A stretch of 64,000 bases of DNA from a virus: the IMG/VR virus record IMGVR_UViG_3300047462_000282, positions 49,337-113,336 of that record; one strand, 5' to 3'. Positions 10,045 to 20,314 of this stretch are shown here, in pieces. How positions within the stretch are numbered: position 1 is the first letter of the stretch; each line of letters starts with the position of its first letter. Below the pieces are notes generated by a model. The model was not told the origin of the DNA. It did not search any database and saw only the letters and a list, made by a program, of their open reading frames with translations. Both the position numbers and the translations under genes were made by a program.

Positions 10045-10989
10045 ATGTCACTACAGTCAGAAGCACAATTACTAGTTGTTGACCCATCAGGTGGAATGCC
10101 AATGGGCGGAAGTCCTATGGAACTGGTACCATTGGAAGTTTCCGAGGTACATCCAGATCATCCAGCTGAGGCTACCATGTCTCCACTTGAAGTAGGCGAA
10201 CCGGGCGAAATTTCTATTGTAATTGAAGATCTTCCCGGCGCTCCTCCAGGCACCCATGACCCTGAGCCAGAGCCACACATTGAAGTTCACGAAGACGATA
10301 AAGACAATATCGATGACAATGATGCTAAGAAATCCAAAAAGGATCCTAAGTGGGATTGGGAATCTAGAGGCGCCAAAGGTTTTATTGCTTGGGTTAAAGA
10401 ACGTTGTGATGATGTTCCAAAGCATTCCGGTTATGATACCGCAGGACTTGAGAGAGCAGTCGCTTATCTAGACAGACTAGATAACGAAATTTCCAAGGCA
10501 ATGAGATTGGATTTGGATGGCGAATTAGATGCAGACCAAATTGAAAAAGTCAGAGCCACCATTGATAATGGTATTGAGAGACTACACGATCGTCTTGACA
10601 AAGTAAAGAAACACAAGAAGACCAGCCGCAAGAAGAAGTCCGAGTTCGAGCCTGATGGCATTGTTAAAGAAGCACAAAAGGTAACCGGAGTTCAGGGCAT
10701 CTACATCGTGGCACCACTATTGACTTCAAGAATTGCCCGAGTCTGTATTAACGGAATGGTTTCTGCAGGTCATGACATTGAGGATTTGTTTGACAGACAA
10801 GTCAAGTACTATAATCTAAACAAGCGCGAACAAGCTGAAGTAATGCAACTTTTGATGGACATGGGTTATGCCGTTCGTCAAGACAGAGGCTTCATGCCAG
10901 ATCAAGATTTGCATGTTGAGGATAGCGACAATATGGATTGGGCAGCTAATTACAACAACGGCGCAAACATTTGGGGCGAGAAGAAATAA
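10045..10989 (+). CDS. Hypothetical probable virion protein
   Basis: 314 aa, SD GAGG; acidic N-terminus and helical C-terminus. Confidence 0.6.
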   Translation: MSLQSEAQLLVVDPSGGMPMGGSPMELVPLEVSEVHPDHPAEATMSPLEVGEPGEISIVIEDLPGAPPGTHDPEPEPHIEVHEDDKDNIDDNDAKKSKKDPKWDWESRGAKGFIAWVKERCDDVPKHSGYDTAGLERAVAYLDRLDNEISKAMRLDLDGELDADQIEKVRATIDNGIERLHDRLDKVKKHKKTSRKKKSEFEPDGIVKEAQKVTGVQGIYIVAPLLTSRIARVCINGMVSAGHDIEDLFDRQVKYYNLNKREQAEVMQLLMDMGYAVRQDRGFMPDQDLHVEDSDNMDWAANYNNGANIWGEKK

Positions 10990-11642
10990 TGTCCAAGTAT
11001 ACCAGACACCAACCAGTAGTTTCGAGAGAGGCTGATTCCAGCATTGATGAGGATCACTGGCTTCGCCAATTTCAAAGAAAGTTGGAGAAGGGTGCTGTAC
11101 AACCTCGCACTATTGAGAACTCTTTGTTTGATCAAATTAATTCCATCATGAATGGAAAATCAAAGTATCCTTCTGTAGAGGCAGCAGTAGAAGATATGAA
11201 GGAAAGAAGTGGATTGTCTGCTTATCTAGACAAAATCAAGCAATCTGCTGATGAGAATGTATCTGTCAAAACTAAAGTAGCATCGGATCAAAATGATGCT
11301 ATGGAAAAGAAAGTTGACATGATTCCAATCGTTCTCAAGAAGATGCCACAGATTCACAAAACTTTAGAGAACTATATTAGAGACAGCAAGGGCAATTTAC
11401 CAGTTCCAGCAATCATTGAGAAAATCAGATCCATTCACAAATCTGACGTCTCTGATGCCAAGGATTGGGACGACGATAATTTAATTAGATTGGTTAGTAA
11501 GATGAATTTAGAGGCTAAGAAGAACAACCCAGCAAGTTATGAAAGCTACAGTAACTTAGGCTCTCGTGATACTGGATCTGATACAGAGATTGACCCATCT
11601 AATACTGATGCGTTTCACGCTCTGACCCCAGTGAAGGATTAA
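10989..11642 (+). CDS. Hypothetical probable virion protein
   Basis: Start reassigned to the ATG in the TAATG stop/start overlap at 10989 (MSKYTRHQ). Confidence 0.6.
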   Translation: MSKYTRHQPVVSREADSSIDEDHWLRQFQRKLEKGAVQPRTIENSLFDQINSIMNGKSKYPSVEAAVEDMKERSGLSAYLDKIKQSADENVSVKTKVASDQNDAMEKKVDMIPIVLKKMPQIHKTLENYIRDSKGNLPVPAIIEKIRSIHKSDVSDAKDWDDDNLIRLVSKMNLEAKKNNPASYESYSNLGSRDTGSDTEIDPSNTDAFHALTPVKD

Positions 11643-12132
11643 TCTTCTTCCTAGTTACTCTAATAATAACTTCTGGCTTCTTATGTGGACAATATCCAAA
11701 GAAACCTTTTGCACAATTGCAATTAAAACAAAGCAATTGGTATTTATCTTTAGGAAAATTATTTTGAATTAGCCAACGATAAAGTTTGCCGCCCGTTTTC
11801 TTTCCATTCTTTTTTCTATCTTCCGCCCCATCATTATGAGTGTGATCAATTGTTAAAAATTCTAAAATAGTTTCGCCACAACAAGTGCACATGCTACCAT
11901 AAGCTTCTATGACCTTTCTTTTATTTTCAAGATCGTATTCTCTTTGCTGCTCTCTAATTAACTCTTTTCTTTCAAAATATCTGCGTTTACCTTTAGCTTT
12001 AGTGCAGCTAATACATAAATAATTAGCCTGTTGTATATCACTTGGTCTGGTGTTATCTTTTGTTAAAGGTCTAAGACAATGTATACAGTCTTTTCCTTCA
12101 TAGGTGTAAGGTCCACGTTTTTTCTTGTCCAT
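11599..12132 (-). CDS. HNH homing endonuclease, antisense, immediately upstream of terL
   Basis: CTCCGE..FLTIDH..YQLLCFNCNCAK; start taken at ATG 12132 (MDKKKRG), which removes the overlap with terL. Confidence 0.8.
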   Translation of the reverse strand: MDKKKRGPYTYEGKDCIHCLRPLTKDNTRPSDIQQANYLCISCTKAKGKRRYFERKELIREQQREYDLENKRKVIEAYGSMCTCCGETILEFLTIDHTHNDGAEDRKKNGKKTGGKLYRWLIQNNFPKDKYQLLCFNCNCAKGFFGYCPHKKPEVIIRVTRKKINPSLGSERETHQY

Positions 12133-12160
12133 GGCAATATTCTGAAATATTGCCATGGAC
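12127..12160. repeat. Perfect 15-bp inverted repeat containing the divergent start codons of the HNH gene and terL
   Basis: gtccatggcaatatt-ctga-aatattgccatggac. Confidence 0.9.
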
Positions 12161-14017
12161 GATAAAGAGCTTTTTGAAAAACTTAAGAAACAACTTCTCA
12201 GTCTTGACCCAGTAACATTTTGCCAGCTCAATTTAACATTAGATGGTAAACCATTTAGATTAGAGGGCAATGGCTATCGACCTTTTGCCGACATTTATCG
12301 TTACATTGGAATTAAAGCTTTAGAGCCTAACGCCAAGCCAGTTATCATGGTTAAAGGTCGTCAGGTCGGAGCTACTACTATGGCAAGCGCCCTTGAAATG
12401 TATTTCATGGGCTCAGGAATTTTTGGTATTGGCGAGAAACCTCCAATTAGAGTTATCCATGCCTTTCCTCAATTAGAATTGGCTGCCGCTTACTCTAAAA
12501 CTAAACTTAATCAAATCATCGTTACTGCTGTTCCTGCTGTTGGTCAAGAGAAGAAGACTGGTAAAGCCAAGTCTTGTATGCAGGTTCTACTAGATCAATC
12601 TACGGCTACTAGCGACTCTTTGCACTTCAAGCAATTTGTTGGCGGCAACCATTTGTGGGTAGAATCGGTTGGACTTGACGGCGACCGCATCATGGGTCGT
12701 ACTGCTGACGTTATTTTCTTTGACGAAGTTCAGAAGACTACTGGAATGGCAATCGGTAACTCCCTCAAAGTTCTTACCACTGCTAAGTATGGTAAGCCAT
12801 CTAAGGGTGTGCAGGTGTATTTTGGAACGCCACGTCGTAAGGGTTCCGATTTCTACAAGATGTGGCAAACATCTTCCCAACAGTATTATTACTTAGGCTG
12901 TGAGCAATGTAAAGAGCATTTCCCACTTTATACTCCTGGCTCTGATGATTGGCAGAAAATTTGGTTGCATGGCTTCGTCGTCAAATGCACTCACTGTGGA
13001 CATGAACAAGATAAGCGCGAAGCTGCCGAGCGCGGTAAGTGGGTTGCTCTTAAGAATTCTGACGATGAAGATTGTTTAATGATTGGGTTTCATATAAACC
13101 AGCTTTACATGCCTATGTTCAGTAAAGAAGATATCTTGAATGAAATGCCTGGCGTTCATCCAATCAATACTGAACGCGTATTTCAAAACGAAGTGTTGGG
13201 TGAGTTCTTTCAGGGAGATTCTAGCCCTATTACTCCAGAAGAAATTAGAGATAAATGTGCTGATGTTGGTAGAAAATTTTCCGCCCGCATTGAGAAGTCT
13301 CAAGATAATATCATCGTCGTTGGAATAGACTATGGCGCACGTTCCGACTTGGAACAACTAGCTAATCCAGATAAAGTTAAAGCTGTAGGACAATCTTACA
13401 GTACTGCCGTAGTTTTGCAGGTATCTGGTCCTGGACTACTATCTATTGAGTTTGCAACTAAGTTTAGGCGTAATGATTTGGAAAGTAAAAAGGGAATCAT
13501 CGATCAGATTATGAGGCAGTACAGCATTCAGTTGGCAGTAGGAGATATTGGTTACTCTAATGACTTTTCTGCAATTTTACATAATACCTATGGCGACCGC
13601 TATCTAGTTTCTCGCGCTCATAATAGAGTTAATGGTCACGTTAAGTATACTGAAGAGGCATTTCCAAAAGAAATAGTTTTTGAAAGAGATTATTATATTG
13701 GTGAATTATATGAACAAATGAAAAAGGGAATGATTAGATTTCCATTTGGAGATTATGAAAAAGTAGCTTGGTTAATTGAGCATTGTACTAGTATGGAGAT
13801 TAAACCAGCAATTTCAAGGGGCGGAGATCCAAGTGTTCATTATGTTAAAGGAAGTACTCCAAACGATGGTTTTATGGCATTATTGAATGCATACATTGCT
13901 TATAAATTCCTAATAACAAACGGATTTAGCAATAATAATCCAATTCTTCAGCAACAAAACTATCAACAAATCAAAAAACCACTTGTAGCTAGCGGGTATA
14001 TGCCTCGTAAGTTTTAA
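12155..14017 (+). CDS. terL: Terminase large subunit
   Basis: ATPase motif VKGRQVGATT, Walker B IFFDEVQ, GTP coupling motif, CEQC..CTHCG insert, RNase H-like VVGIDYG, C-terminal NDGFMAL. Confidence 0.9.
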   Translation: MDDKELFEKLKKQLLSLDPVTFCQLNLTLDGKPFRLEGNGYRPFADIYRYIGIKALEPNAKPVIMVKGRQVGATTMASALEMYFMGSGIFGIGEKPPIRVIHAFPQLELAAAYSKTKLNQIIVTAVPAVGQEKKTGKAKSCMQVLLDQSTATSDSLHFKQFVGGNHLWVESVGLDGDRIMGRTADVIFFDEVQKTTGMAIGNSLKVLTTAKYGKPSKGVQVYFGTPRRKGSDFYKMWQTSSQQYYYLGCEQCKEHFPLYTPGSDDWQKIWLHGFVVKCTHCGHEQDKREAAERGKWVALKNSDDEDCLMIGFHINQLYMPMFSKEDILNEMPGVHPINTERVFQNEVLGEFFQGDSSPITPEEIRDKCADVGRKFSARIEKSQDNIIVVGIDYGARSDLEQLANPDKVKAVGQSYSTAVVLQVSGPGLLSIEFATKFRRNDLESKKGIIDQIMRQYSIQLAVGDIGYSNDFSAILHNTYGDRYLVSRAHNRVNGHVKYTEEAFPKEIVFERDYYIGELYEQMKKGMIRFPFGDYEKVAWLIEHCTSMEIKPAISRGGDPSVHYVKGSTPNDGFMALLNAYIAYKFLITNGFSNNNPILQQQNYQQIKKPLVASGYMPRKF

Positions 14018-14075
14018 ATAACTCGATATATTATTAGTTGAGTATAGTATAGGGTATAGTGGAAAATGAGGTTCC

Positions 14076-15935
14076 ATGTCTGGTTTAAAAAAGTCCAAGT
14101 CAGAACAGTATTTAGAAAACAGATCGACTGTTCCGCAAGTAAGTGCCCTTATGGCTCAAGGCGTATCACAATTTAGAAGAGACGGATTATCTGAAGAAGT
14201 AGAGCAAGGTCTATTTAGAGATGGTTCTGGACCTAATGTTAAAGAATTTGGTCAGACTGCTAATTCAGTAGTTGCTGCTTCTGTTGGTATGAAAAAGTAC
14301 GGTCAAGCTGTCAGCAGTGTCGGCGGCATGTTCCGTGGCATTCATGGCGATTCTATCAAACAAACACCAGAAGTATATTCTCCACTATGGCTTAACAGCA
14401 ACCTCAATCTTCCTCGTGATAGAGCTACTATCAACGCCTGGTGCCGTAGCTTTTATGCTTTGAATCCATTCGTTCATAACGCTATCAATCTTCACAGCAC
14501 ATACCCAATCAGCAAGCTTAACATAAAGTGCCCTAACAAAGAAATTGAGAAATTCTTCAATGACATGATTGAAGAGATTGACTTGATGAACATTTGCGTT
14601 CAAATTGCGCAGGAATATTGGTTGTTAGGTGAAGCATTTGTTTATGCTGAGCTAGATGAAAGCCGTGGCAAGTGGAGCCGTGTTCTTATTCAAAACCCAG
14701 ACTATATGATTGTAAAACGCACAGTGGTAGCCAATGAGCCAATCATCATGTTGCGTCCCGACGAAAATTTGAAGAAGATCATTTTCTCCAATCGCACAAC
14801 TGATATTGAACAACGCAAACAACTTAACAATCATATCATTGATTCGGTTAAGCGTGGCGAAAACATTCCACTAGATAATTTCCATGTCAGTCATTTGGCA
14901 CGTAGAATTAGCCCATATGAAATCAGAGGAACTGGTCTTCCAGTCTGTATTTTCCGCCAATTGATGTTATTCGACAAGCTTAGAGAATCCAAGTATGCTC
15001 AAGCTGACAACATGATTAATCCATTGACTTTGGTTAAGATTGGATCAGAAAACTATAAGCCAACCTTTGCTGACATTGAAGCTTGGAGAAATGTTTTCGA
15101 AGAAGCTCAATATGACAAGGACTTCAAAATTTTCACCCATGAGGGTGTAGCTGTAGAAAGAGTTGGTTACGGTCAAGGTATTTACGATATTTCTGGTGAT
15201 ATCACTCAAATCATCAAGGAAATCTATGTTGGTTTACAAGTTCCACCAGTATTGATGGATGGTGGAGCTGATACTACCTATGCAAACGGCGGTGTTGCTC
15301 TAGACGTTTTGAGACAACGTTACATGCAATTCCGTAACATGATGTCTCAATGGCTAAAGAGAAAAGTCTTTGCGCCAATCTCTAAGATTCAAGGATTCTA
15401 CGACTACTCTGGTGGCGAAAAGCAATTAATCGTTCCAGATATTGACTGGAATCATATGTCCTTGTTCGATGCAGGAGACTACATCAACACTTTGGTTACT
15501 CTAACTCAAGGAGATGAAAAGTCCAAGAGAGCATCTTTGCATACCTTGTATCGCTCTATGGGTCTAGAATTCGAAGATGAAGTAAGGAAGATGCGCAAGG
15601 AAGCTATTCAACAAGCTATCACTAACAAGGAAAAAGTGGCTTTGGATGCTATGGATTTGACCTCTCTAAGAGCTTTGGATGAGGAAGATGAAATTCCAGA
15701 ACCAGAAGGCGGCATTCCAGGACAAGCTCCACCAGGTGAAGGTGGCGTACCAGGAGAAGTTCCAGGTGGCGGCGGAGCCCCACCACCTCCTCCAACAGGC
15801 TTACCAGGATTAGATTTAGGCGGACCTCCAGGCGGTGGTGGCGGAGCACCTCCTCCCCCAGCACCTCCTCCAGGCGGCGGAGAGGCAGCACCTCCTCCAG
15901 GCGGACCTCCACCAGCAGTCCCACCTCCAGCCTAA
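14076..15935 (+). CDS. Portal protein with Pro/Gly-rich C-terminal tail
   Basis: Directly follows terL; ~620 aa, mostly helical; patterns NPFVHNAINLH, GEAFVY and EIYVGLQVPPVLM are typical of portal proteins. Confidence 0.8.
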   Translation: MSGLKKSKSEQYLENRSTVPQVSALMAQGVSQFRRDGLSEEVEQGLFRDGSGPNVKEFGQTANSVVAASVGMKKYGQAVSSVGGMFRGIHGDSIKQTPEVYSPLWLNSNLNLPRDRATINAWCRSFYALNPFVHNAINLHSTYPISKLNIKCPNKEIEKFFNDMIEEIDLMNICVQIAQEYWLLGEAFVYAELDESRGKWSRVLIQNPDYMIVKRTVVANEPIIMLRPDENLKKIIFSNRTTDIEQRKQLNNHIIDSVKRGENIPLDNFHVSHLARRISPYEIRGTGLPVCIFRQLMLFDKLRESKYAQADNMINPLTLVKIGSENYKPTFADIEAWRNVFEEAQYDKDFKIFTHEGVAVERVGYGQGIYDISGDITQIIKEIYVGLQVPPVLMDGGADTTYANGGVALDVLRQRYMQFRNMMSQWLKRKVFAPISKIQGFYDYSGGEKQLIVPDIDWNHMSLFDAGDYINTLVTLTQGDEKSKRASLHTLYRSMGLEFEDEVRKMRKEAIQQAITNKEKVALDAMDLTSLRALDEEDEIPEPEGGIPGQAPPGEGGVPGEVPGGGGAPPPPPTGLPGLDLGGPPGGGGGAPPPPAPPPGGGEAAPPPGGPPPAVPPPA

Positions 15936-16001
15936 TTTGAGGCTGCCACTTATGTATAATCCTGTATTTATTTACTGATTCCACATAGTGAAGGGTATAC
16001 C

Positions 16002-17291
16002 ATGCAGAAAACTGCTCAAAAAAGAAGCATTCTCAATAAATTAAGGGAAATGACCAACGTCAGCGGTATTGCTGCCGAAAAGTTTTTCAACCCTGAATTT
16101 AAGCAGGTGATGGAAAGTTTGCGCGAAAAAGACAATTCTATCAGGGCTTTAGTCTCCGGTAAAGAAATTGAAGGCGCAGATCCTGGTCCCGATCCAGTTA
16201 GTCTAAAAGACTTATTGAAGTCTGCAAGATCCAATCTTAATAGACGTGAATATATGACTGCCGTAGCTGAGCTTGGCAGATTTCATAAAAAATTATTTGA
16301 TGTAGCCCAGGCTTTGAAGGCTTTGGAATTCGATGTAGACAAAGTACATCATGAATTTTTATTCAAAGATTTGAGCGAAGAACACAAACAGCAATTAGCT
16401 GATTTGAAGACCAGATTTGCAACTGCTAATCGTCAAACTATAGTTAAAGAAGCAAGTATTATGGACTTCTTTTACAATATCGGTACCAAGAGAGGCAGAG
16501 CCCTTGCCGCTTGGGAGAAGAGATATCCTAAGCAAGTCAATAAACTAAAGAAAGATACTGCAAGCTTACTAACAAGATCAGAGGCTATCTTAGGTCAATT
16601 ATTGGGAGCGTTAAAAGAAATGGCAAGCGCCCGTGCTACTCGTAATGTAGATAACTACATGAAGGCTGCTGACAAAGTTACTAAGAGCTATCAAGTTTAT
16701 GATAAGAGTTTTAAGGACTACTACATCTCTAATATCGAAGGATTTTTGAAGAGACCAGAAGTATTAGGTCCTATTGAGAATGTACCCGATGCAAAGCAGA
16801 TGGGTAAGGAAGAAATTCCAGTGGCTACTAAGAGTGAATTGCCACCAGTTAGCGTTACTACGCCATCTCCGCCACCTGATATGACTGTCCCTCCTGCAAC
16901 GCCAGTTCCATCTTTGCCTGCAGGAACTCCAGCAGCGGGTCCATCTGAGACTGTTGCTCCACATTCTCCAACCGCTTTGGCACCAGAAAAAATGCCATCT
17001 ATCCCTGGCGCTCCAGCTGCCCCAACTGGAATTCCAGCAACAGCACCTAACACAATTCCAGCTGGACCACCATCTATGGCTCCAGAATCAGAATTCCCAA
17101 GTGACATGTTAGCCAAACAAATGTGGGGCAAACATAGTCACAAACAATTCCTAGCTTCTTTAGAGGCTTTGGCTGGCGAAGACCCTCGTATATTGGCATC
17201 TTACATTAATAAGTATGCTGCCAAAATTCAGGGCGTTGATCCAGAACTTTCTATTAGTCTGTTCAAAATCTCAAAATCTATTAGAGGTTAA
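16002..17291 (+). CDS. Hypothetical virion protein with Pro-rich linker
   Basis: 429 aa, begins MQKTAQ. Confidence 0.6.
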   Translation: MQKTAQKRSILNKLREMTNVSGIAAEKFFNPEFKQVMESLREKDNSIRALVSGKEIEGADPGPDPVSLKDLLKSARSNLNRREYMTAVAELGRFHKKLFDVAQALKALEFDVDKVHHEFLFKDLSEEHKQQLADLKTRFATANRQTIVKEASIMDFFYNIGTKRGRALAAWEKRYPKQVNKLKKDTASLLTRSEAILGQLLGALKEMASARATRNVDNYMKAADKVTKSYQVYDKSFKDYYISNIEGFLKRPEVLGPIENVPDAKQMGKEEIPVATKSELPPVSVTTPSPPPDMTVPPATPVPSLPAGTPAAGPSETVAPHSPTALAPEKMPSIPGAPAAPTGIPATAPNTIPAGPPSMAPESEFPSDMLAKQMWGKHSHKQFLASLEALAGEDPRILASYINKYAAKIQGVDPELSISLFKISKSIRG

Positions 17292-17293
17292 TC

Positions 17294-18391
17294 GTGTCTA
17301 AAAAAGTAGAACGAACTAAAACCTCAGTATCGATTCCGGAGCTTGTTCATTCATTTGCACGAGCATGGCAGTCTTTACTTGGAAAAGCTCCTACCAAGGA
17401 GCAATTGGCTATGTTCGTTGCTCAAAATTCTATTGAAACTGGCAACCGTAAAGCTATGTTTAATTACAACATAGGAAACATCATTCACATCCCAAATGTT
17501 GATAATTTCGATTATTTTGAGAATATGGATAGTTCTGGAGGCAAGCCATTCCTATCCAAATTTAGAGCATATAATTCATTGGATGAGGGAACTTTGGATT
17601 ATCTAAAATTGTTGTACAAAGGATACCCCCAATCATTTCAAGCAGCCAGTGGAGGAAATCCTAAGGAATATGCGCACTCTTTGATCGCAAATCCAAAACA
17701 TCAGTACTATGATCCTACTGTCGAAAAAAATTATGCATCTGGAATGTCTAATCTGTATACGCAATATATGAAATCTAATGAGTTCAATGAGGCTTATAAT
17801 AGTGCAGTTGGAGGCGCATCTGCGCCATCGGAACATGATGAGCTTTTAAGAAAATATATTGCTCGCATAAAAGAGAAAGGCGATGATGTGTACAGTCAAC
17901 TTGGTGGCGAAAAACCTACTGTTACACCAGCCAAAACTACTCAACCATCTGCGGGTTTAGATAGCATTTTAAACAAATACTTGCAACAAGTCTCGGCTTC
18001 TGAAAGACATAGCAAGAAATTATACAACAAGCTATTACCAACCAATCATATGGTGATTCGTTTGTCCTCAGATGACTATACTAATACGGTAGAGTTTGCT
18101 CGTATTTTATGCGCAGCACTTGATGAAGAGTTGTTAGCCACTGCATTTACTCATACAGACGGTAATGAAGTAGAGGTCGAATGTTCTATTGCAGGTCCAG
18201 CAGAGGAATGCACGGCAACAGTTAAACAATTAACTGCTGCTATTTCAGAAACATTTCAGCTAGCCACTGCTAAAGCTGGCGGCATCGTGGTAAAAGCCGA
18301 CTGTATTACCAATAAAAAGTCATCTTATCAGCAAATGGACCTAAAATCCGCTAGCACACAATACAGGAAGTTCCTGCTCAAATTTATTTAA
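17294..18391 (+). CDS. Protein with N-terminal GH73/FlgJ-like peptidoglycan hydrolase domain
   Basis: FVAQNSIETG (catalytic Glu position), YNIGNI and FRAYNSLDEG..DYLKLL resemble GH73 motifs; GTG start. Confidence 0.65.
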   Translation: MSKKVERTKTSVSIPELVHSFARAWQSLLGKAPTKEQLAMFVAQNSIETGNRKAMFNYNIGNIIHIPNVDNFDYFENMDSSGGKPFLSKFRAYNSLDEGTLDYLKLLYKGYPQSFQAASGGNPKEYAHSLIANPKHQYYDPTVEKNYASGMSNLYTQYMKSNEFNEAYNSAVGGASAPSEHDELLRKYIARIKEKGDDVYSQLGGEKPTVTPAKTTQPSAGLDSILNKYLQQVSASERHSKKLYNKLLPTNHMVIRLSSDDYTNTVEFARILCAALDEELLATAFTHTDGNEVEVECSIAGPAEECTATVKQLTAAISETFQLATAKAGGIVVKADCITNKKSSYQQMDLKSASTQYRKFLLKFI

Positions 18392-18400
18392 GGAAAAGCA

Positions 18401-18799
18401 ATGGTAACAGAACAAGACGTTGAATATGTAGTGCGCGAGAGTAATAAAGACAGAAAGAATACGTTTGCTGAATTTATTGCCGAGCTTTTTAAAGGTAAAT
18501 ACATTGAAATTTATCTCGGTGATTCTTATGAAGAAGTGAGCACTGAACAAATTTCGACAGCTTACCCTGCTGTTTTTTGTGGAAAGGTAGTTACTGCTTA
18601 CCGCGAATGTTTAGTTTTAAACTCAGTTTACATTAATTCCGTTACCAAAAAAATGGAAACTGGAAATCTGGTTTTCATTAGTGAAAGAGCTATTAGAGGA
18701 CTAAACGAAATCGATGGCAATGGAGTCATCGAAGATATGTTCTTGAGAAGCAAAGAGTCTTTCGATATCTTAGAAAATTTTGTTCGCAGAAATAGATAA
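18401..18799 (+). CDS. Hypothetical protein
   Basis: 132 aa, SD AGGA. Confidence 0.55.
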   Translation: MVTEQDVEYVVRESNKDRKNTFAEFIAELFKGKYIEIYLGDSYEEVSTEQISTAYPAVFCGKVVTAYRECLVLNSVYINSVTKKMETGNLVFISERAIRGLNEIDGNGVIEDMFLRSKESFDILENFVRRNR

Positions 18800-18806
18800 A
18801 TGTACC

Positions 18807-19544
18807 ATGCACGATACCCAACACATCTTACAACTAGCTGACAGTTATCAAAAAACCTGTCTACAAGGCTTGGTCAAGCTTGCCCGTATTAGGAAGCTTC
18901 CAGGCGGTAAGTATCGTGTATTGTCTGAAAAGGGCAAAAATCTTGGCACTTCCGATACAAAGGGCGAAGCTGTCAAAAGATTGCGTCAAGTTGAGTGGTT
19001 CAAGCATCATGACAAAAATAAAGCGGAAGACAAGGTAATTGATTTGACCGGTGCTCCTGAGTTAGCTTATTCCGCTATCATGCGTGAAATGAGACAAAAA
19101 GCTGAGCCACAACAGATTAGAGCTTTCTTAAAAATATACAAACAACATTTTGATAATGCAGTTAAAGATGAGCTGCAAAAGCCAGAAAAGGTAGCTCTTC
19201 AAAATGCTTTAGTTCAATTTAATAAAAGATTCAAGATCAAGGTAGATAAGAAGTTGATTAAGAATGCAGCTATTAGTGAATTAGGTGATCCAGCTATAGT
19301 TGGTAAATATCTTTCTGATATTGTTAAATTTACTTTGAACAGAATAGAACCAGAAAAAAGAGTTGCTACAATTGATAAATTGAGACAAAAGTTTTACTCT
19401 TTTAATGCTGATGAAATTGCAGCAAAGACCATGCCACCTACTTCGGCTATTGGACAGTCTATTACCTTCGTAAAACACGTTTTATTCAATCACGAGCCAA
19501 CTTATGTTAGAGAGGTTCTCAAGAGCTTGGTAAGGAATTTGTAA
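18807..19544 (+). CDS. Hypothetical virion protein
   Basis: Start reassigned to ATG 18807; basic segment IRKLPGGKYRVLSEKGKNLG..AVKRLRQVEWFKH. Confidence 0.55.
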   Translation: MHDTQHILQLADSYQKTCLQGLVKLARIRKLPGGKYRVLSEKGKNLGTSDTKGEAVKRLRQVEWFKHHDKNKAEDKVIDLTGAPELAYSAIMREMRQKAEPQQIRAFLKIYKQHFDNAVKDELQKPEKVALQNALVQFNKRFKIKVDKKLIKNAAISELGDPAIVGKYLSDIVKFTLNRIEPEKRVATIDKLRQKFYSFNADEIAAKTMPPTSAIGQSITFVKHVLFNHEPTYVREVLKSLVRNL

Positions 19545-20314
19545 TGATTCAAAGGCTCAGAGAAATTACTAAGGGTTTGTACCGTGGCAGTGCCCCATCC
19601 CCACAAGATGTTGTGCAGTTAAAAGAACAACTAGGTATCAATAAAATTGTTAGCTTAGATAAAGCTGCCGGTGATAGAATTGATCGTACCTGCAAATTAT
19701 TAGGTATCGAGCATATTAAATTGTATCTTGATGAAAAACCATCTTCACTTCGCAGGCTATTCGAATATAATTTAAAAAAGCTTCTAATAGATGGTGGTCC
19801 AACTTATTTACATTGTCATTTTGGTAAAGATAGAACGGGTCTAGTTACGGCTCTTTTCAAATGTAAATATATGGGAGAAAGTCCACAAAGAGCTATCGAA
19901 GAAGCCAAGGCTTTAGGTTTTGGTGTTGGAGTAGATCCTCATATAGTCAGATTGTATGAAGAAATAATCAAGGCTTGCAAATCATCCAAAGATGAAAATG
20001 CAGCTGATATAGTTTCTAATGAGCGAGAGTATATTGGAGATAATCGAGATACTTATCTAGATGAGAGTCGTCAAGATTCTTTTGCGCCGTATTTAGATCA
20101 TACTAAGCAAAATCCGGCAGATGCGTTGTATACATATATTAATGATCAGTCTCCGACTCGTCAGAATTACGATCCTGATAGACCAATAACGCCGTATGAT
20201 CAAGAGAAAACAGATGTTGTCCCAATGGTGGGAGAATTTGATAATGATGCGGGTCAAAGAGGTTTTGGTCCAACAGAAAACTATGGTGGATTCTTTTCAG
20301 AAATAGGTCACTAA
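19544..20314 (+). CDS. Cys-dependent protein-tyrosine / dual-specificity phosphatase family protein
   Basis: LYRGSAP, IVSL and catalytic loop HCHFGKDRTG (CX5R). Confidence 0.85.
   Translation: MIQRLREITKGLYRGSAPSPQDVVQLKEQLGINKIVSLDKAAGDRIDRTCKLLGIEHIKLYLDEKPSSLRRLFEYNLKKLLIDGGPTYLHCHFGKDRTGLVTALFKCKYMGESPQRAIEEAKALGFGVGVDPHIVRLYEEIIKACKSSKDENAADIVSNEREYIGDNRDTYLDESRQDSFAPYLDHTKQNPADALYTYINDQSPTRQNYDPDRPITPYDQEKTDVVPMVGEFDNDAGQRGFGPTENYGGFFSEIGH

Noticed and set aside
12155-14017. Intein in terL suggested by the Cys-rich insert
   Set aside because: No intein splice-junction or LAGLIDADG motifs; the CxxC pairs fit a Zn-binding insert and the length is normal.
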